From: Patescibacteria group bacterium
GTDB taxonomy: Bacteria > Patescibacteriota > Patescibacteriia > Patescibacteriales > UBA12465
NCBI GenBank assembly: GCA_034002925.1
Contig: JAVEZP010000001.1
Coordinates: 132,024-196,023, forward strand
Direction: 5' to 3'
Length of the DNA stretch: 64,000 nt
Part shown: one piece after another, positions 26,564 to 35,967 of the stretch
Layout of the letters: every line of letters begins with the position of its first letter
Position numbering within the stretch: position 1 is the stretch's first letter
Position numbers and translations under genes: made by a program
Notes under the pieces: model-generated
Seen by the model: the letters and a program-made list of their open reading frames with translations, nothing else
Databases searched by the model: none
What the model was told of the DNA's origin: nothing

Positions 26564-27304
26564 ATGAACACAAACATCTTAAAAAAAATTGGCTTGTCTG
26601 AAAAAGAGCTGACAATTTATCTAAAGCTTTTAGAGACTGGGCCTAGTTCCGTAAGAAGTTTAGCGGAAATTTGCAAAATTAATCGTGGTAGCACCTATGA
26701 AAGCTTAAAAGAACTACAAAACAAAGGTTTGATTAGCTACTATAATGACGCTACCAAACAAAAATTTATAGCCGATAATCCTAAACAATTACAAATTATC
26801 CTAACAGAAGAAAGAGAGCGGATAAAAGCTGTAGAAGAAGAACTTTCCCCTTTAATTTCTGAGTTAAAAGCCCTACGTCACAACACTGACAATCAACCTA
26901 TTTCTCGTCTTTACGAAGGCGAACAAGGTATTAAAGCTATTCTTAATGATCTTTTACATACCTTGGAGAACTCTGCTGAAAAAGAATACTACGTCTATTC
27001 CGCTAAAGATGCTAGTAGTGATATTAAAAAAGCTTTTCCTAACTTCAATGATGAACGCAAAAAAAGAAACATCTACGTAAAAGCAATCTCTTTGGCTAAA
27101 GGGGGTAAAACCAATGGTCTAGACGAAAGACGTTGGCTTGGAACAAATGATCGTTCTGCGACTTTTATTATCATTTACCAAGATAAATGCGCTTTTATTT
27201 CTCGTGACAAAAACCAAAAATCAGTTGGCATTTTAGTAGAAAATAGAATGATCTATCATACTCAAAAAATAATTTTTCAAAAACTTTGGCAAAGTTTAAA
27301 ATAA
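26564..27304 (+). CDS. TrmB-family transcriptional regulator
   Basis: N-terminal winged HTH LGLSEKELTIYLKLLETGPSSVRSLAE, typical of TrmB. Confidence 0.75.
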   Translation: MNTNILKKIGLSEKELTIYLKLLETGPSSVRSLAEICKINRGSTYESLKELQNKGLISYYNDATKQKFIADNPKQLQIILTEERERIKAVEEELSPLISELKALRHNTDNQPISRLYEGEQGIKAILNDLLHTLENSAEKEYYVYSAKDASSDIKKAFPNFNDERKKRNIYVKAISLAKGGKTNGLDERRWLGTNDRSATFIIIYQDKCAFISRDKNQKSVGILVENRMIYHTQKIIFQKLWQSLK

Positions 27305-27308
27305 TTTT

Positions 27309-29138
27309 ATGTGTGGAATTATCGGCTATTTAGGTAAAAAACAAGCATATCCCATTGTTTTAGACATTTTAAAAAGACTAGAATATCGAGGCTATGATAG
27401 CGCTGGTATCGCTTTGTGGCAAAATAATCAACTGATCACTCATAAAGAATCTGGAGCTATAGAAATTTTAGAAAAATCATTATTCAAAAAAGACACAAAT
27501 AGTGATATTGGTTTTGCTCATACCCGTTGGGCTACGCATGGCCCAGCCACCAAAGACAATGCCCATCCTCATCATTCTCAATCTAAAAAAATTAATTTAG
27601 TTCACAATGGCACAGTTTTAAACTATTATCATTTAAAAGAAGAATTAAAACAAAAAAATTATCAGTTCTATGGTGATACTGATAGTGAAGTACTAGTTAA
27701 TTTAATTGAAAGTAAACAAAAAGAGAAAAACATCAATCTTAAAGAAGCTGTCATAGAAACAACTAAATTAATTGAAGGACGCTCTGCTTTTTTAGTTCAT
27801 GATAAAAACAATTTTAATACTTTTATCGCTGTAAACTGCGGTGGAGATTTGTTTATTGGTAAAAATAAAGAAGAAATGTTTGTGTGTTCAGATAAAAATG
27901 CTTTAGCTGGATATGCTTCTTATGTGTTGAGCTTGAGTCCCGGACAGATTGCAGAAATCACTAAAGAGAAAATAATGATAAGCGATTTAACTAACAACAA
28001 AGACATTGAAGCTGACTGGCAAAGCCTTGATCTAAGCCCAGAAGCTATGGAAAAAGGAACTTTTCCTCATTACATGTTAAAAGAAATATTTGAACAAGCA
28101 GAAAAAATAAAAACAAGTATTGATTACCTGCAAGACGAAAATACAGGTATTAAAAATAAATTATTGCCTTGGCGACATGACATTAGTCGTTTACAAAAAA
28201 TAATTATTATTGCCTGTGGCACTTCCTGGCACGCTGCTTTAGTGTCTAAATATTTTTTTAATAAATTAGCCAACGTTCCTGTGTATTGTGAATATGCCTC
28301 TGAATCAATTGTAGAAAATATTAATCGTGGTGATTTAGTGATTGCTATTTCTCAATCAGGAAGCACAGCTGATACTCTACAAGCTATACAAGCCGCTAAA
28401 AATAATGGAGCTATCATTTTAAGTATTTGTAATGTTGAAGGTTCTAGCTTAGAGCAAATGTCTGACATTATTCTTCTCACCAAGGCTGGCCCAGAAATAG
28501 GTGTAGCTAGTACTAAAGCATTTACAACACAATTAACTGCGCTATTTTTACTCGCCGGACAAATTGGCCAATGGCGAGGAAGGATTACCGAAACTCAAAA
28601 AGAAGAATATTTTAAAAAGCTAAAGCTTATTCCTAATAAAATTAAAGAGGTTTTAAGGTTAAATCCATTAATTGAAATCTTAGCTAAAAAATATCAAGCA
28701 GCTAGCAATTTTCTTTATCTGGGCAGAGGTACTCATTTTCCAATTGCCATGGAAGGGGCTCTTAAACTTAAAGAGGTCTCTTATATTCATGCTGAAGGTC
28801 TTAGTGCTGGCGAAATGAAACATGGGTCTATTGCCTTAATAGATGAAAAAATGCCATCTTTTTTTGTAGCAGTCAAAGATGAACAATATGATAAGGTGGT
28901 AAATAATATTTTAGAAATAAGAGCAAGAAATGGCAAAATAATTGCCCTAACTAGTGGCTATGATAAAGTTGTCTCAGAAAGAGTGGACGATATTATTCCT
29001 TTGCCAGATTGCGACCACTTGCTATATCCTTTTATTAGCGTAGTGCCAATGCAACTCTTTGCCTATCACGTCGCCAAATTAAGAGGAGTAAATATTGATA
29101 AACCAAGAAATTTAGCTAAATCAGTTACGGTAGAATAA
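27309..29138 (+). CDS. glmS: glutamine--fructose-6-phosphate aminotransferase
   Basis: MCGIIGY N-terminal nucleophile, two SIS domains, and a C-terminal ...KSVTVE. Confidence 0.95.
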   Translation: MCGIIGYLGKKQAYPIVLDILKRLEYRGYDSAGIALWQNNQLITHKESGAIEILEKSLFKKDTNSDIGFAHTRWATHGPATKDNAHPHHSQSKKINLVHNGTVLNYYHLKEELKQKNYQFYGDTDSEVLVNLIESKQKEKNINLKEAVIETTKLIEGRSAFLVHDKNNFNTFIAVNCGGDLFIGKNKEEMFVCSDKNALAGYASYVLSLSPGQIAEITKEKIMISDLTNNKDIEADWQSLDLSPEAMEKGTFPHYMLKEIFEQAEKIKTSIDYLQDENTGIKNKLLPWRHDISRLQKIIIIACGTSWHAALVSKYFFNKLANVPVYCEYASESIVENINRGDLVIAISQSGSTADTLQAIQAAKNNGAIILSICNVEGSSLEQMSDIILLTKAGPEIGVASTKAFTTQLTALFLLAGQIGQWRGRITETQKEEYFKKLKLIPNKIKEVLRLNPLIEILAKKYQAASNFLYLGRGTHFPIAMEGALKLKEVSYIHAEGLSAGEMKHGSIALIDEKMPSFFVAVKDEQYDKVVNNILEIRARNGKIIALTSGYDKVVSERVDDIIPLPDCDHLLYPFISVVPMQLFAYHVAKLRGVNIDKPRNLAKSVTVE

Positions 29139-29177
29139 ATTAAAAAAAATAAATCTTAAAATTAATTCACTAAACAT

Positions 29178-29621
29178 ATGATAAAACAAGGAGATCAAGC
29201 CATTGATTTTTTAGCTATTGATCAGAACAATCAAGAACATAAACTAACAGATTATAGAGGTAATTGGGTATTATTATATTTCTACCCAAAAGACAATACA
29301 CCTGGCTGCACTAAAGAAGCTTGCGCCATTAGAGATGTATTCTCAGAATTTAAAAAGGCGAATGTAATAGTTTTAGGAGTGAGCAAAGATTCCGTTAATA
29401 GTCACCAAAAATTTGCTCAAAAATATCAATTACCCTTTATTCTTTTAGTTGATAAGGACAAAGAAATTAGCAAACAATATCAAGCTGACGGTCTTTTTAA
29501 AAGAATTTCCTATTTAATTAACCCCCAAGGATATATCGCAAAAATTTATCCTAAAGTAAAACCCGAAGAACATGCTCAGGAAGTTTTAAGCGATTTAGCT
29601 ATAATGGCTAAAAAGAGCTAA
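29178..29621 (+). CDS. bcp: thiol peroxidase / peroxiredoxin Bcp
   Basis: FYPKDNTPGCTKEAC peroxidatic Cys motif. Confidence 0.85.
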   Translation: MIKQGDQAIDFLAIDQNNQEHKLTDYRGNWVLLYFYPKDNTPGCTKEACAIRDVFSEFKKANVIVLGVSKDSVNSHQKFAQKYQLPFILLVDKDKEISKQYQADGLFKRISYLINPQGYIAKIYPKVKPEEHAQEVLSDLAIMAKKS

Positions 29622-29707
29622 TGATATTGCCAAAAACTAAAATTATGCTAGAATATAAGCAAAGACCTATTGGGTTTTTTCTTTTGCTTAGAATAAATAA
29701 TAAAGTT

Positions 29708-30091
29708 ATGGAAAATGTATTAGATAAAAAAATAATTGCTGAAATAAAAGCTGACTTATTAGCCAGAAAAGAGCAAATATTAGACAATTTAAAAGATATC
29801 TCTCAACCAGATAGTCACGAATCTGATCATCTAGGAGCTAAATTTCCTGAATATGGTGACAAGGCTGACGAGAATGCTCAAGAAATTAATGATTACAGCA
29901 CTAATTCTGCTACTGAAAAAGTATTAGAAAAAACCTTAGCTGATATAGAGGGAGCGCTAAAGAGAATCGAAAACGGTACCTATGGTATTTGTAAATATTG
30001 TCATCAACCAATTGCCGCTAAACGCTTACAAGCTAGACCAGTAGCTAGTGCTTGTATTAGTTGTAAAACGGAATTACAGGAAAATGAATAA
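29708..30091 (+). CDS. DksA/TraR-family C4 zinc-finger protein
   Basis: CKYC...(x)...CISC four-Cys finger after a coiled coil. I prefer Met30 of the track ORF (MENVLDKK); a TTGCCA-N16-TAGAAT promoter at 29627-29654 lies inside the longer ORF. Confidence 0.7.
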   Translation: MENVLDKKIIAEIKADLLARKEQILDNLKDISQPDSHESDHLGAKFPEYGDKADENAQEINDYSTNSATEKVLEKTLADIEGALKRIENGTYGICKYCHQPIAAKRLQARPVASACISCKTELQENE

Positions 30092-30596
30092 TTTAGCTAA
30101 AAATAAAACATTTATTAACATAGCGGGGCCTTTAGTCATCGCTATGTTTTTTATTGCCGATAGATATTTAAAAAATTTAGCCTTAAATTTAAATAATCTA
30201 GAAAAATATCAAATATTAGGTAGTATTTTAGAGTTTAGATTAGTTTTTAATCCTTATATTGCTTTCTCCTTACCGTTATCAGGTATAATTTTAAATATTC
30301 TAATTTTTTCTTTAATATTAGCTCTGCTATACCTAATTATTTACTCTATTATTAAGCAAAAATTAAACTTAATAAACATCTACCTATTGACATTTATTTT
30401 ATTTGGTGCTATAAGTAATCTACTAGATCGCTTTCTTTACGGAGCTGTAATTGACTATTTTGATTTAAAATACTTCACAATTTTCAACTTAGCTGACCTA
30501 ATGATTAGTCTAGGAATTTTATTGTTTTTTATCAACCAAAAAAAGGCTCATGGAAGCTCTGATAAAATGTTTGTCCCGAGAAACGGCAACAATTAA
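30084..30596 (+). CDS. lspA: lipoprotein signal peptidase II
   Basis: Four TM helices with the conserved NLLDR and FNLAD aspartate motifs. The start MNNLAKNK overlaps the upstream stop by 8 nt. Confidence 0.8.
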   Translation: MNNLAKNKTFINIAGPLVIAMFFIADRYLKNLALNLNNLEKYQILGSILEFRLVFNPYIAFSLPLSGIILNILIFSLILALLYLIIYSIIKQKLNLINIYLLTFILFGAISNLLDRFLYGAVIDYFDLKYFTIFNLADLMISLGILLFFINQKKAHGSSDKMFVPRNGNN

Positions 30597-30849
30597 AGAA
30601 ATAATTGTTGCCGCCCGAACAATAACCAACAGTCTTTTTCAAATATCCTCTAATAAAATACTTGAAAAAGAAAAACCTTCAAGCCTAAATGATGATATTA
30701 AAAGTTTACGCACAGAAATAGCTAAAAGCTCCTTGTCTGCGCCTTGCAGACATGAGCTACTATTACTTAACAACACAGACCTCTGTGTTCTGGCGCAAAA
30801 ATTAATAACTTCTATTTTGGCACAAGAAATAAAAAACCCCCTTAATTAA
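30550..30849 (+). CDS. hypothetical protein (weak call)
   Basis: ORF only. It overlaps the lspA 3' end by 47 nt. A terminator at 30831-30868 shows that plus-strand transcription reaches this point. Confidence 0.25.
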   Translation: MEALIKCLSRETATIKEIIVAARTITNSLFQISSNKILEKEKPSSLNDDIKSLRTEIAKSSLSAPCRHELLLLNNTDLCVLAQKLITSILAQEIKNPLN

Positions 30850-30868
30850 ATTATGGGGGTATTTTTTT
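30831..30868. terminator. bidirectional intrinsic terminator
   Basis: AAAAAACCCCC ... GGGGGTATTTTTTT. Confidence 0.7.
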
Positions 30869-30875
30869 ATAAGAC

Positions 30876-31652
30876 TTATTTCTTTTCTAGAATCTGACGC
30901 ATTTCTTCATTTAAAGTAGTTAAATCATGATATAGTTTTAAAGCCCAATAGGCAATATATTCTCGTTCTCCCTGTGGATCTTTAGGACATTGCTGCATAT
31001 TAATAAAAGCACCGCCAGGCAAAGTAAAATTAAAATACTTTCTTTGTTCCATTAACTTCTTTAATTCTTCTAAACTCAAATGCCTTCTATCCGCCACTTT
31101 ATGTTCTTCTTGTAAGCGCAAAGGCTCTGGATAATCTGCATTAAAGTTAATATTAATTAAACGTACAGCGATCTTTAAATCGCTAATTAATTTATTGTGA
31201 TATGAACGGCGCAGAGCATCGGAAGATTGCACTATGCTTTGATATTTAGAAATATCATCATAACTATCTAATTTATACATTTGTAAAACATTTACCTGAT
31301 TTAAATAATTTTGCACATCCTCTAAAACTTTAGCGAGATAAGACATGGTTAATTGTTTACGCTGCTCTAAAATACTTTCTTCGCTGGGATTATCAATTCC
31401 AGACAACAAAGAAGCTGAGCGAATATTATCCACTGTTGATTTAAAAGCTCTTCCTTCAGAAGTAATAATCTTTTCTTTTTGTTCTGTTTTATTCTCTTTT
31501 TCTTTATTTATTTGAGTTATTTCATCATTGTTTTCTTTTGCATCCTTTACTAATTCCTCTTTAATCACTTGTTTTTCTTCATAATCATAAGGATATTTAT
31601 CGGGATTTTTATGCATATCACGAAATAAAGATCGGGGTGAGTTATAATTCAT
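30876..31652 (-). CDS. hypothetical protein
   Basis: 258-aa ORF starting 4 nt downstream of the tsaE stop, which suggests an operon. No motif recognised. Confidence 0.5.
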   Translation of the reverse strand: MNYNSPRSLFRDMHKNPDKYPYDYEEKQVIKEELVKDAKENNDEITQINKEKENKTEQKEKIITSEGRAFKSTVDNIRSASLLSGIDNPSEESILEQRKQLTMSYLAKVLEDVQNYLNQVNVLQMYKLDSYDDISKYQSIVQSSDALRRSYHNKLISDLKIAVRLININFNADYPEPLRLQEEHKVADRRHLSLEELKKLMEQRKYFNFTLPGGAFINMQQCPKDPQGEREYIAYWALKLYHDLTTLNEEMRQILEKK

Positions 31653-31656
31653 ATAT

Positions 31657-32094
31657 TTATAAACTTATATTTATCGTTCTAACAAATTCATTCACACTTT
31701 TAATAGATACTTTAATTACATTTTTAGGTAAAATTTCTTTTATTTTATCTGCCCATTCAATCACTACTACCACATTTTCATCTTCTAAATAATCTTGTAC
31801 TCCTATATCTAATAAATCCTGAAAGCCGCTAAGACGATAGGCATCAATGTGACATAACTGTTTAATTTTTTGATGCTTAGTTTTATATACTTTCATGATA
31901 TTAAAAGTAGGGCTGTTAACTTTGTGTTTTACTCCTAAAGCAAAAGCTAAGCCTTGAACAAAAGCTGTTTTACCTGCTCCTAAATTACCATACAAAGCCA
32001 CAACTTCTCCGCCATTTAAAGAAGTCGCTAGTTTTTCTCCTAACACAAATGTATCTTCTGGTTTTTGACTAAGATATTTTTGTTCTGATTTCAT
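31657..32094 (-). CDS. tsaE: tRNA threonylcarbamoyladenosine biosynthesis ATPase TsaE
   Basis: YGNLGAGKTAFVQG P-loop and SPTFNI motif. Confidence 0.85.
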   Translation of the reverse strand: MKSEQKYLSQKPEDTFVLGEKLATSLNGGEVVALYGNLGAGKTAFVQGLAFALGVKHKVNSPTFNIMKVYKTKHQKIKQLCHIDAYRLSGFQDLLDIGVQDYLEDENVVVVIEWADKIKEILPKNVIKVSIKSVNEFVRTINISL

Positions 32095-32133
32095 ATTTAT
32101 ATTCTAATTGATATATTCGAGAAAATAAAGGCT

Positions 32134-32162
32134 TTGACAAAATAAATGAGTTGTAATATAAT
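32134..32162 (+). promoter_or_regulatory. sigma70-type promoter TTGACA-N17-TATAAT
   Basis: -35 at 32134-32139, -10 at 32157-32162. Confidence 0.65.
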
Positions 32163-32177
32163 TAGATATATATCTAA
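32162..32177. promoter_or_regulatory. 16-bp perfect palindrome TTAGATATATATCTAA (candidate ArsR/SdpR operator)
   Basis: It abuts the -10 and covers the predicted TSS of the ArsR-family gene. Confidence 0.5.
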
Positions 32178-32193
32178 ATATCAAAATAACTTT

Positions 32194-32457
32194 ATGTTTT
32201 TTAGCCGTACTTTTGCTGCTCTCTCAGATCCCAATCGACAAAAAATCTTAGAAATATTAAGAAATGGGGAAAAACCAGTAAACGAAATTGCTGAACAATT
32301 AAATATTAGCTTAGCCACTCTGTCTCATCACTTAGATATTTTAAAAAGAGCGGATCTATTAAGCTCTCGCCGTGCTGGTCGACAAATTTTCTATAATCTT
32401 AATATGAGTGTTTTGGAAGAAATAAGTGAAGCTTTAATAAAATTTATAAAAAAATAA
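32194..32457 (+). CDS. ArsR/SmtB-family transcriptional regulator (SdpR-like)
   Basis: FAALSDPNRQKILEIL...ATLSHHLDILKRADL wHTH. I prefer Met17 because the promoter lies inside the longer track ORF. Confidence 0.8.
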   Translation: MFFSRTFAALSDPNRQKILEILRNGEKPVNEIAEQLNISLATLSHHLDILKRADLLSSRRAGRQIFYNLNMSVLEEISEALIKFIKK

Positions 32458-32472
32458 AAGAAAAGAAAAAGT

Positions 32473-33126
32473 ATGAAAAAAATTAATTTCAAAAGTGAAT
32501 TATTTAGTTGGATAATTCTCTTTGCAGTAATTATTTTAAGTGTTTGGGCCTATCCTCAACTCCCAGAAAGAGTCTCTTCTCATTGGAATTTACAAGGAGA
32601 AGTAGACGGCTGGTCTAGTCGTAAATTTCATTCTCTGTTTTTTCCTATACTAACTATTGTGATGTATTTTGGTCTGCTGTTTATGCCTTTATTGGATCCT
32701 AAAAAAGAACGCTACCAAGAATTTATTAAAACTTACAATCTCATTAGACACGCTCTGCTCTTTGTAATGGGTGCTATTTTTTTCGCTGCTACTTTTTTTA
32801 ATTTAGGCTATAACATTAATATTGGCGCTATTGTTGGAGCTTTAGTAGGGGCATTGATGATTTTTCTAGGCAATTATTTCGGTAAAATAAAAAGAAATTG
32901 GTTTATAGGCATAAGAACACCTTGGACGCTGTCCTCAGAAAACGTTTGGAACAAAACCCATCGTTTTGGTGGACGTTTATTTATGTTGTGGGGACTAGGC
33001 ATGATGTTCGCCCCTTGGCTGAAAGGCAACTTAGTTTTGATTATTATTTTTAGCGGCTTGATTTTTATTATTCTCTTTATTTATATCTACTCCTATCTGT
33101 TATTTAAACAAGAAAAAAGAAAATAA
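32473..33126 (+). CDS. SdpI/YhfL-family membrane protein (DUF1648 plus SdpI)
   Basis: HWNLQGEVDGWSS (DUF1648-like) and NWFIGIRTPWTLSSENVWNKTHR (SdpI-like). Confidence 0.75.
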   Translation: MKKINFKSELFSWIILFAVIILSVWAYPQLPERVSSHWNLQGEVDGWSSRKFHSLFFPILTIVMYFGLLFMPLLDPKKERYQEFIKTYNLIRHALLFVMGAIFFAATFFNLGYNINIGAIVGALVGALMIFLGNYFGKIKRNWFIGIRTPWTLSSENVWNKTHRFGGRLFMLWGLGMMFAPWLKGNLVLIIIFSGLIFIILFIYIYSYLLFKQEKRK

Positions 33127-33153
33127 ATAGATAACAAGTCTCACTCATTTTCT

Positions 33154-33181
33154 AAAAAACCTCTTTTTTAAGAGGTTTTTT
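33154..33181. terminator. bidirectional intrinsic terminator
   Basis: AAAAAACCTCTT-TTTT-AAGAGGTTTTTT. Confidence 0.8.
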
Positions 33182-33187
33182 AAGAAT

Positions 33188-34495
33188 TTAACTATTTTTT
33201 TTATTTCTTCTATTTTTAAAATATAACCAACGTAAAAGGTTAAAAACGAACAAGAAAAAACTTAAAAACAGAATAATTAATATAATGACTAACCAAGGAG
33301 GACTATATTGAAAGATATTTTCTAAATAGACAAGCGAAGAACTGGAAGGAGAAATGGTTTTTAAAATATTAAAAGAAGTCTCTTGCTTTAAACTTTTATC
33401 TTCTTTATTAAACAAATTAAAATTATTTTTTTCTAAGATTACTTCTTCACTTATTGTGGCGTCTTGATAACTTTGACGTGTCTCTGCGGCAGAACCGATT
33501 AAGACACTATCAGCTCCACCACTATCACTATTTGTATAATTAATGATCTTATCATTTTCAATGTCCATCTCTTCTAAATATTCCTGTGGATGATTTTCAA
33601 CTAATTGGCCTGCCATCTTATTTTCCTCTAGTGCGCCTCCTGCTTGATCAACGCTCTTCTGGATGGGAGCGGTAGTATTAGAGTAGGTTTCTTCGAAATT
33701 ATAAGAAGACTCCATATTCTCTTTTTTCTCAACTATTTCATCACTGCGCCATTTGTTTGCATCTTGAGGAAAAACATCTTCTTTATCACTCACGCCATCA
33801 CCATCACTATCTCTTTTTAATGAATCAGTGCCTAAAGCTTCTTCTTCCCAATTATATAAACCATCATTATCAATATCTGTATCTACCAAATCTGAAATAC
33901 CATCGCTATCAGTGTCTAATCCAAAAAAAGAAGTTGAGTCTAAAGGATTGGTGCCAGCGTCTACCTCCTCTTTATCACCATGACCATCACCATCGCTATC
34001 CGCTTTATTAATATCGCTACCTATTTCTTCTTCTTTCTTATTACCTAAACCATCACCATCATTATCTTGATCAACTAATAACACCTCATTATCACGTAAT
34101 AAAGCATTGGGTAAACTAGTTTCTACTTCTTCGCCAGATTCAGTGCATACAAAACAAACATTTTCAATTTGGGCTATGACTTCATACTCTCCCGCTTGAG
34201 CAATCCAATTAAGACTAAATATTTTGCTTTCTTCTTTAGCTAAAGAAAAAGGAATAACTTCGCCAATGTGCTGATCATTAACATGAAAAATTAAATCACC
34301 TTTAAATACTTCGTATTCACCATTAATAATATTAGCGAAGAAACGCACTGACTCTCCCTCTAAAACATAGTGATCTGGTTGCAACCATAAACCAGTATTA
34401 GCAAAACCAACCATACTAGCTGCTGCTGGGCGAAAAGGCAATATAAGAAATAAGCCAAACAACAAAAAGCTAAAATAATTCTTCATATCTATCAT
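33188..34495 (-). CDS. secreted, C-terminally anchored protein with thrombospondin type-3-like Ca-binding repeats
   Basis: Signal peptide; repeated DxDxDGxxD motifs (DQDNDGDGLGN, DSDGDGHGD, DTDSDGISD, DTDIDNDGL, DSDGDGVSD); C-terminal TM helix followed by a basic tail. Confidence 0.7.
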   Translation of the reverse strand: MIDMKNYFSFLLFGLFLILPFRPAAASMVGFANTGLWLQPDHYVLEGESVRFFANIINGEYEVFKGDLIFHVNDQHIGEVIPFSLAKEESKIFSLNWIAQAGEYEVIAQIENVCFVCTESGEEVETSLPNALLRDNEVLLVDQDNDGDGLGNKKEEEIGSDINKADSDGDGHGDKEEVDAGTNPLDSTSFFGLDTDSDGISDLVDTDIDNDGLYNWEEEALGTDSLKRDSDGDGVSDKEDVFPQDANKWRSDEIVEKKENMESSYNFEETYSNTTAPIQKSVDQAGGALEENKMAGQLVENHPQEYLEEMDIENDKIINYTNSDSGGADSVLIGSAAETRQSYQDATISEEVILEKNNFNLFNKEDKSLKQETSFNILKTISPSSSSLVYLENIFQYSPPWLVIILIILFLSFFLFVFNLLRWLYFKNRRNKKNS

Positions 34496-34608
34496 ATTTA
34501 ATTTCTAGTAGCTAATATTATAAAGGTTTTTATTGATACTAACAAGATAGCTAATTTACAAAACCAACAAAACTAAAAAAACACCCTCTCGAGTGTTTCT
34601 TGTAACAG

Positions 34609-34682
34609 TGGGCGCACAAGGATTCGAACCCTGGACCCCTTCGGTGTAAACGAAGTGCTCTAACCAGCTGAGCTATGCGCCC
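34609..34682 (-). tRNA. tRNA-Val(UAC)
   Basis: Manual cloverleaf: GGGCGCA acceptor, anticodon loop TTTACAC. A terminator (AAACAC...GTGTTTTTTT on the minus strand) lies at about 34578-34600. Confidence 0.9.
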
Positions 34683-34697
34683 TATTTAGCGGGAAGG

Positions 34698-34781
<84 letters not shown>

Positions 34782-34806
34782 TAAAAAGATTGAAAACAAT
34801 CCTTTA

Positions 34807-35175
34807 TTAAGCTTTATTACGAACAATCTTTTCTTTTAATTTTTTCTTATATCCTCTCTTTAAGAAATATAATTTTGCTCTTTTAACAGCTGTAATCTTT
34901 TTAACTTCAATCTTGGTGATAGTAGGCAAGTGAATAGGAAAGATTTTTTCAACCCCCACTCCATCAGAAACCTTGCGAACAGTGATAGTCGCTCCTTTTT
35001 CTTTATTATGTTTACGAGCAATAATCATGCCTTCAAAATATTGAATACGCTCTTTCTCTTCACCTTTAGAATTGAGCTCTTTAATCTTTTGATAAACACG
35101 AACAGTCATGCCTGGCTTTAATTCCAGTTCTTTAGACTCTTTTTCTTCTTGAGTAGCAGTTTTTTTATCTGACAT
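34807..35175 (-). CDS. rplS: 50S ribosomal protein L19
   Basis: [11 protein letters not shown]....RIQ.FEG..IARK... is an L19 signature. The start is ATG at 35175 or TTG at 35187 (the track start). Confidence 0.9.
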   Translation of the reverse strand: MSDKKTATQEEKESKELELKPGMTVRVYQKIKELNSKGEEKERIQYFEGMIIARKHNKEKGATITVRKVSDGVGVEKIFPIHLPTITKIEVKKITAVKRAKLYFLKRGYKKKLKEKIVRNKA

Positions 35176-35260
35176 ATAAATTGACAAAAACCAGAAACGA
35201 GATGTCTTTCACCTCGCTCTATTTAAATTACTTAAATCTTGTCTAATATTATAATCAAAA

Positions 35261-35824
35261 TTAATCCTTGTCAAGATGTTGTTTCACAAAAGCATAAACT
35301 TGGTCAAAAGATTCCTCTGGGCTGAGCTTAGTAGTATCTAAATAAAAGTCATAATTGTCAAAATCATGAACATTTATGCCATAATATTGCCTATAGCGCA
35401 AATTATCACTGTCTAAACGTCTTTTTATACTATTTTCTACTGCTTCTACCGTGTTAAGTTTATTGTCTTCATTTCTATTATTTTTTTGCTGAAGATGGCT
35501 AAAAACTCTCATTGCCCCTTCTTTAGTGGAAACATTTAAATAAATTTTTAAGGAATGAGGAATAAAATACCAGGAAGTGCGACCCTCAATAATAAAATTA
35601 TCTTTTGTTTTTCCTAGCTCTTGTTGATATAAATCAACTTCCTGATCAGTTTTTATATCTTTTTCACCTAAACTATTATATTCCGCCAAGGTTAAGCCTC
35701 TTTTAGCAGCCGCCTCTCGACGCAAACCACCCATATAATAACGAGGCCAATTCAATTTAGCTGCTAATTTTTCAGCAATGGTAGATTTGCCTGATCCGCC
35801 CGCACCACTAAGAGAGATAATCAT
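35261..35824 (-). CDS. cytidylate kinase-like P-loop kinase (archaeal-type CMP kinase family)
   Basis: MIISLSGAGGSGKSTIAEKLA P-loop at the extreme N-terminus and an NMP-kinase-size protein. Confidence 0.6.
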   Translation of the reverse strand: MIISLSGAGGSGKSTIAEKLAAKLNWPRYYMGGLRREAAAKRGLTLAEYNSLGEKDIKTDQEVDLYQQELGKTKDNFIIEGRTSWYFIPHSLKIYLNVSTKEGAMRVFSHLQQKNNRNEDNKLNTVEAVENSIKRRLDSDNLRYRQYYGINVHDFDNYDFYLDTTKLSPEESFDQVYAFVKQHLDKD

Positions 35825-35967
35825 AAACTTAAATTAATAAAAGAATACAAATAATTTGTATTCAAATTTTACTTTTCTTCTTAACTTATACTATAATAAT
35901 ATCATATTAATATAAAGGGGCAAATAAAAACAAATTTACTTTTAACTATGCGCCCAAGCGCTTTTTT

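Noticed and set aside
26421-27308. glmS ribozyme upstream of glmS
   Set aside because: glmS starts 4 nt after the TrmB-family gene, so there is no room for a ribozyme. The region upstream of the regulator shows no glmS-ribozyme core sequence.
33757-34011. His-rich 84-aa plus-strand ORF
   Set aside because: It is the antisense reading of the Asp-rich (GAT/GAC) repeat region of the TSP3-repeat protein, so it is a compositional artefact.
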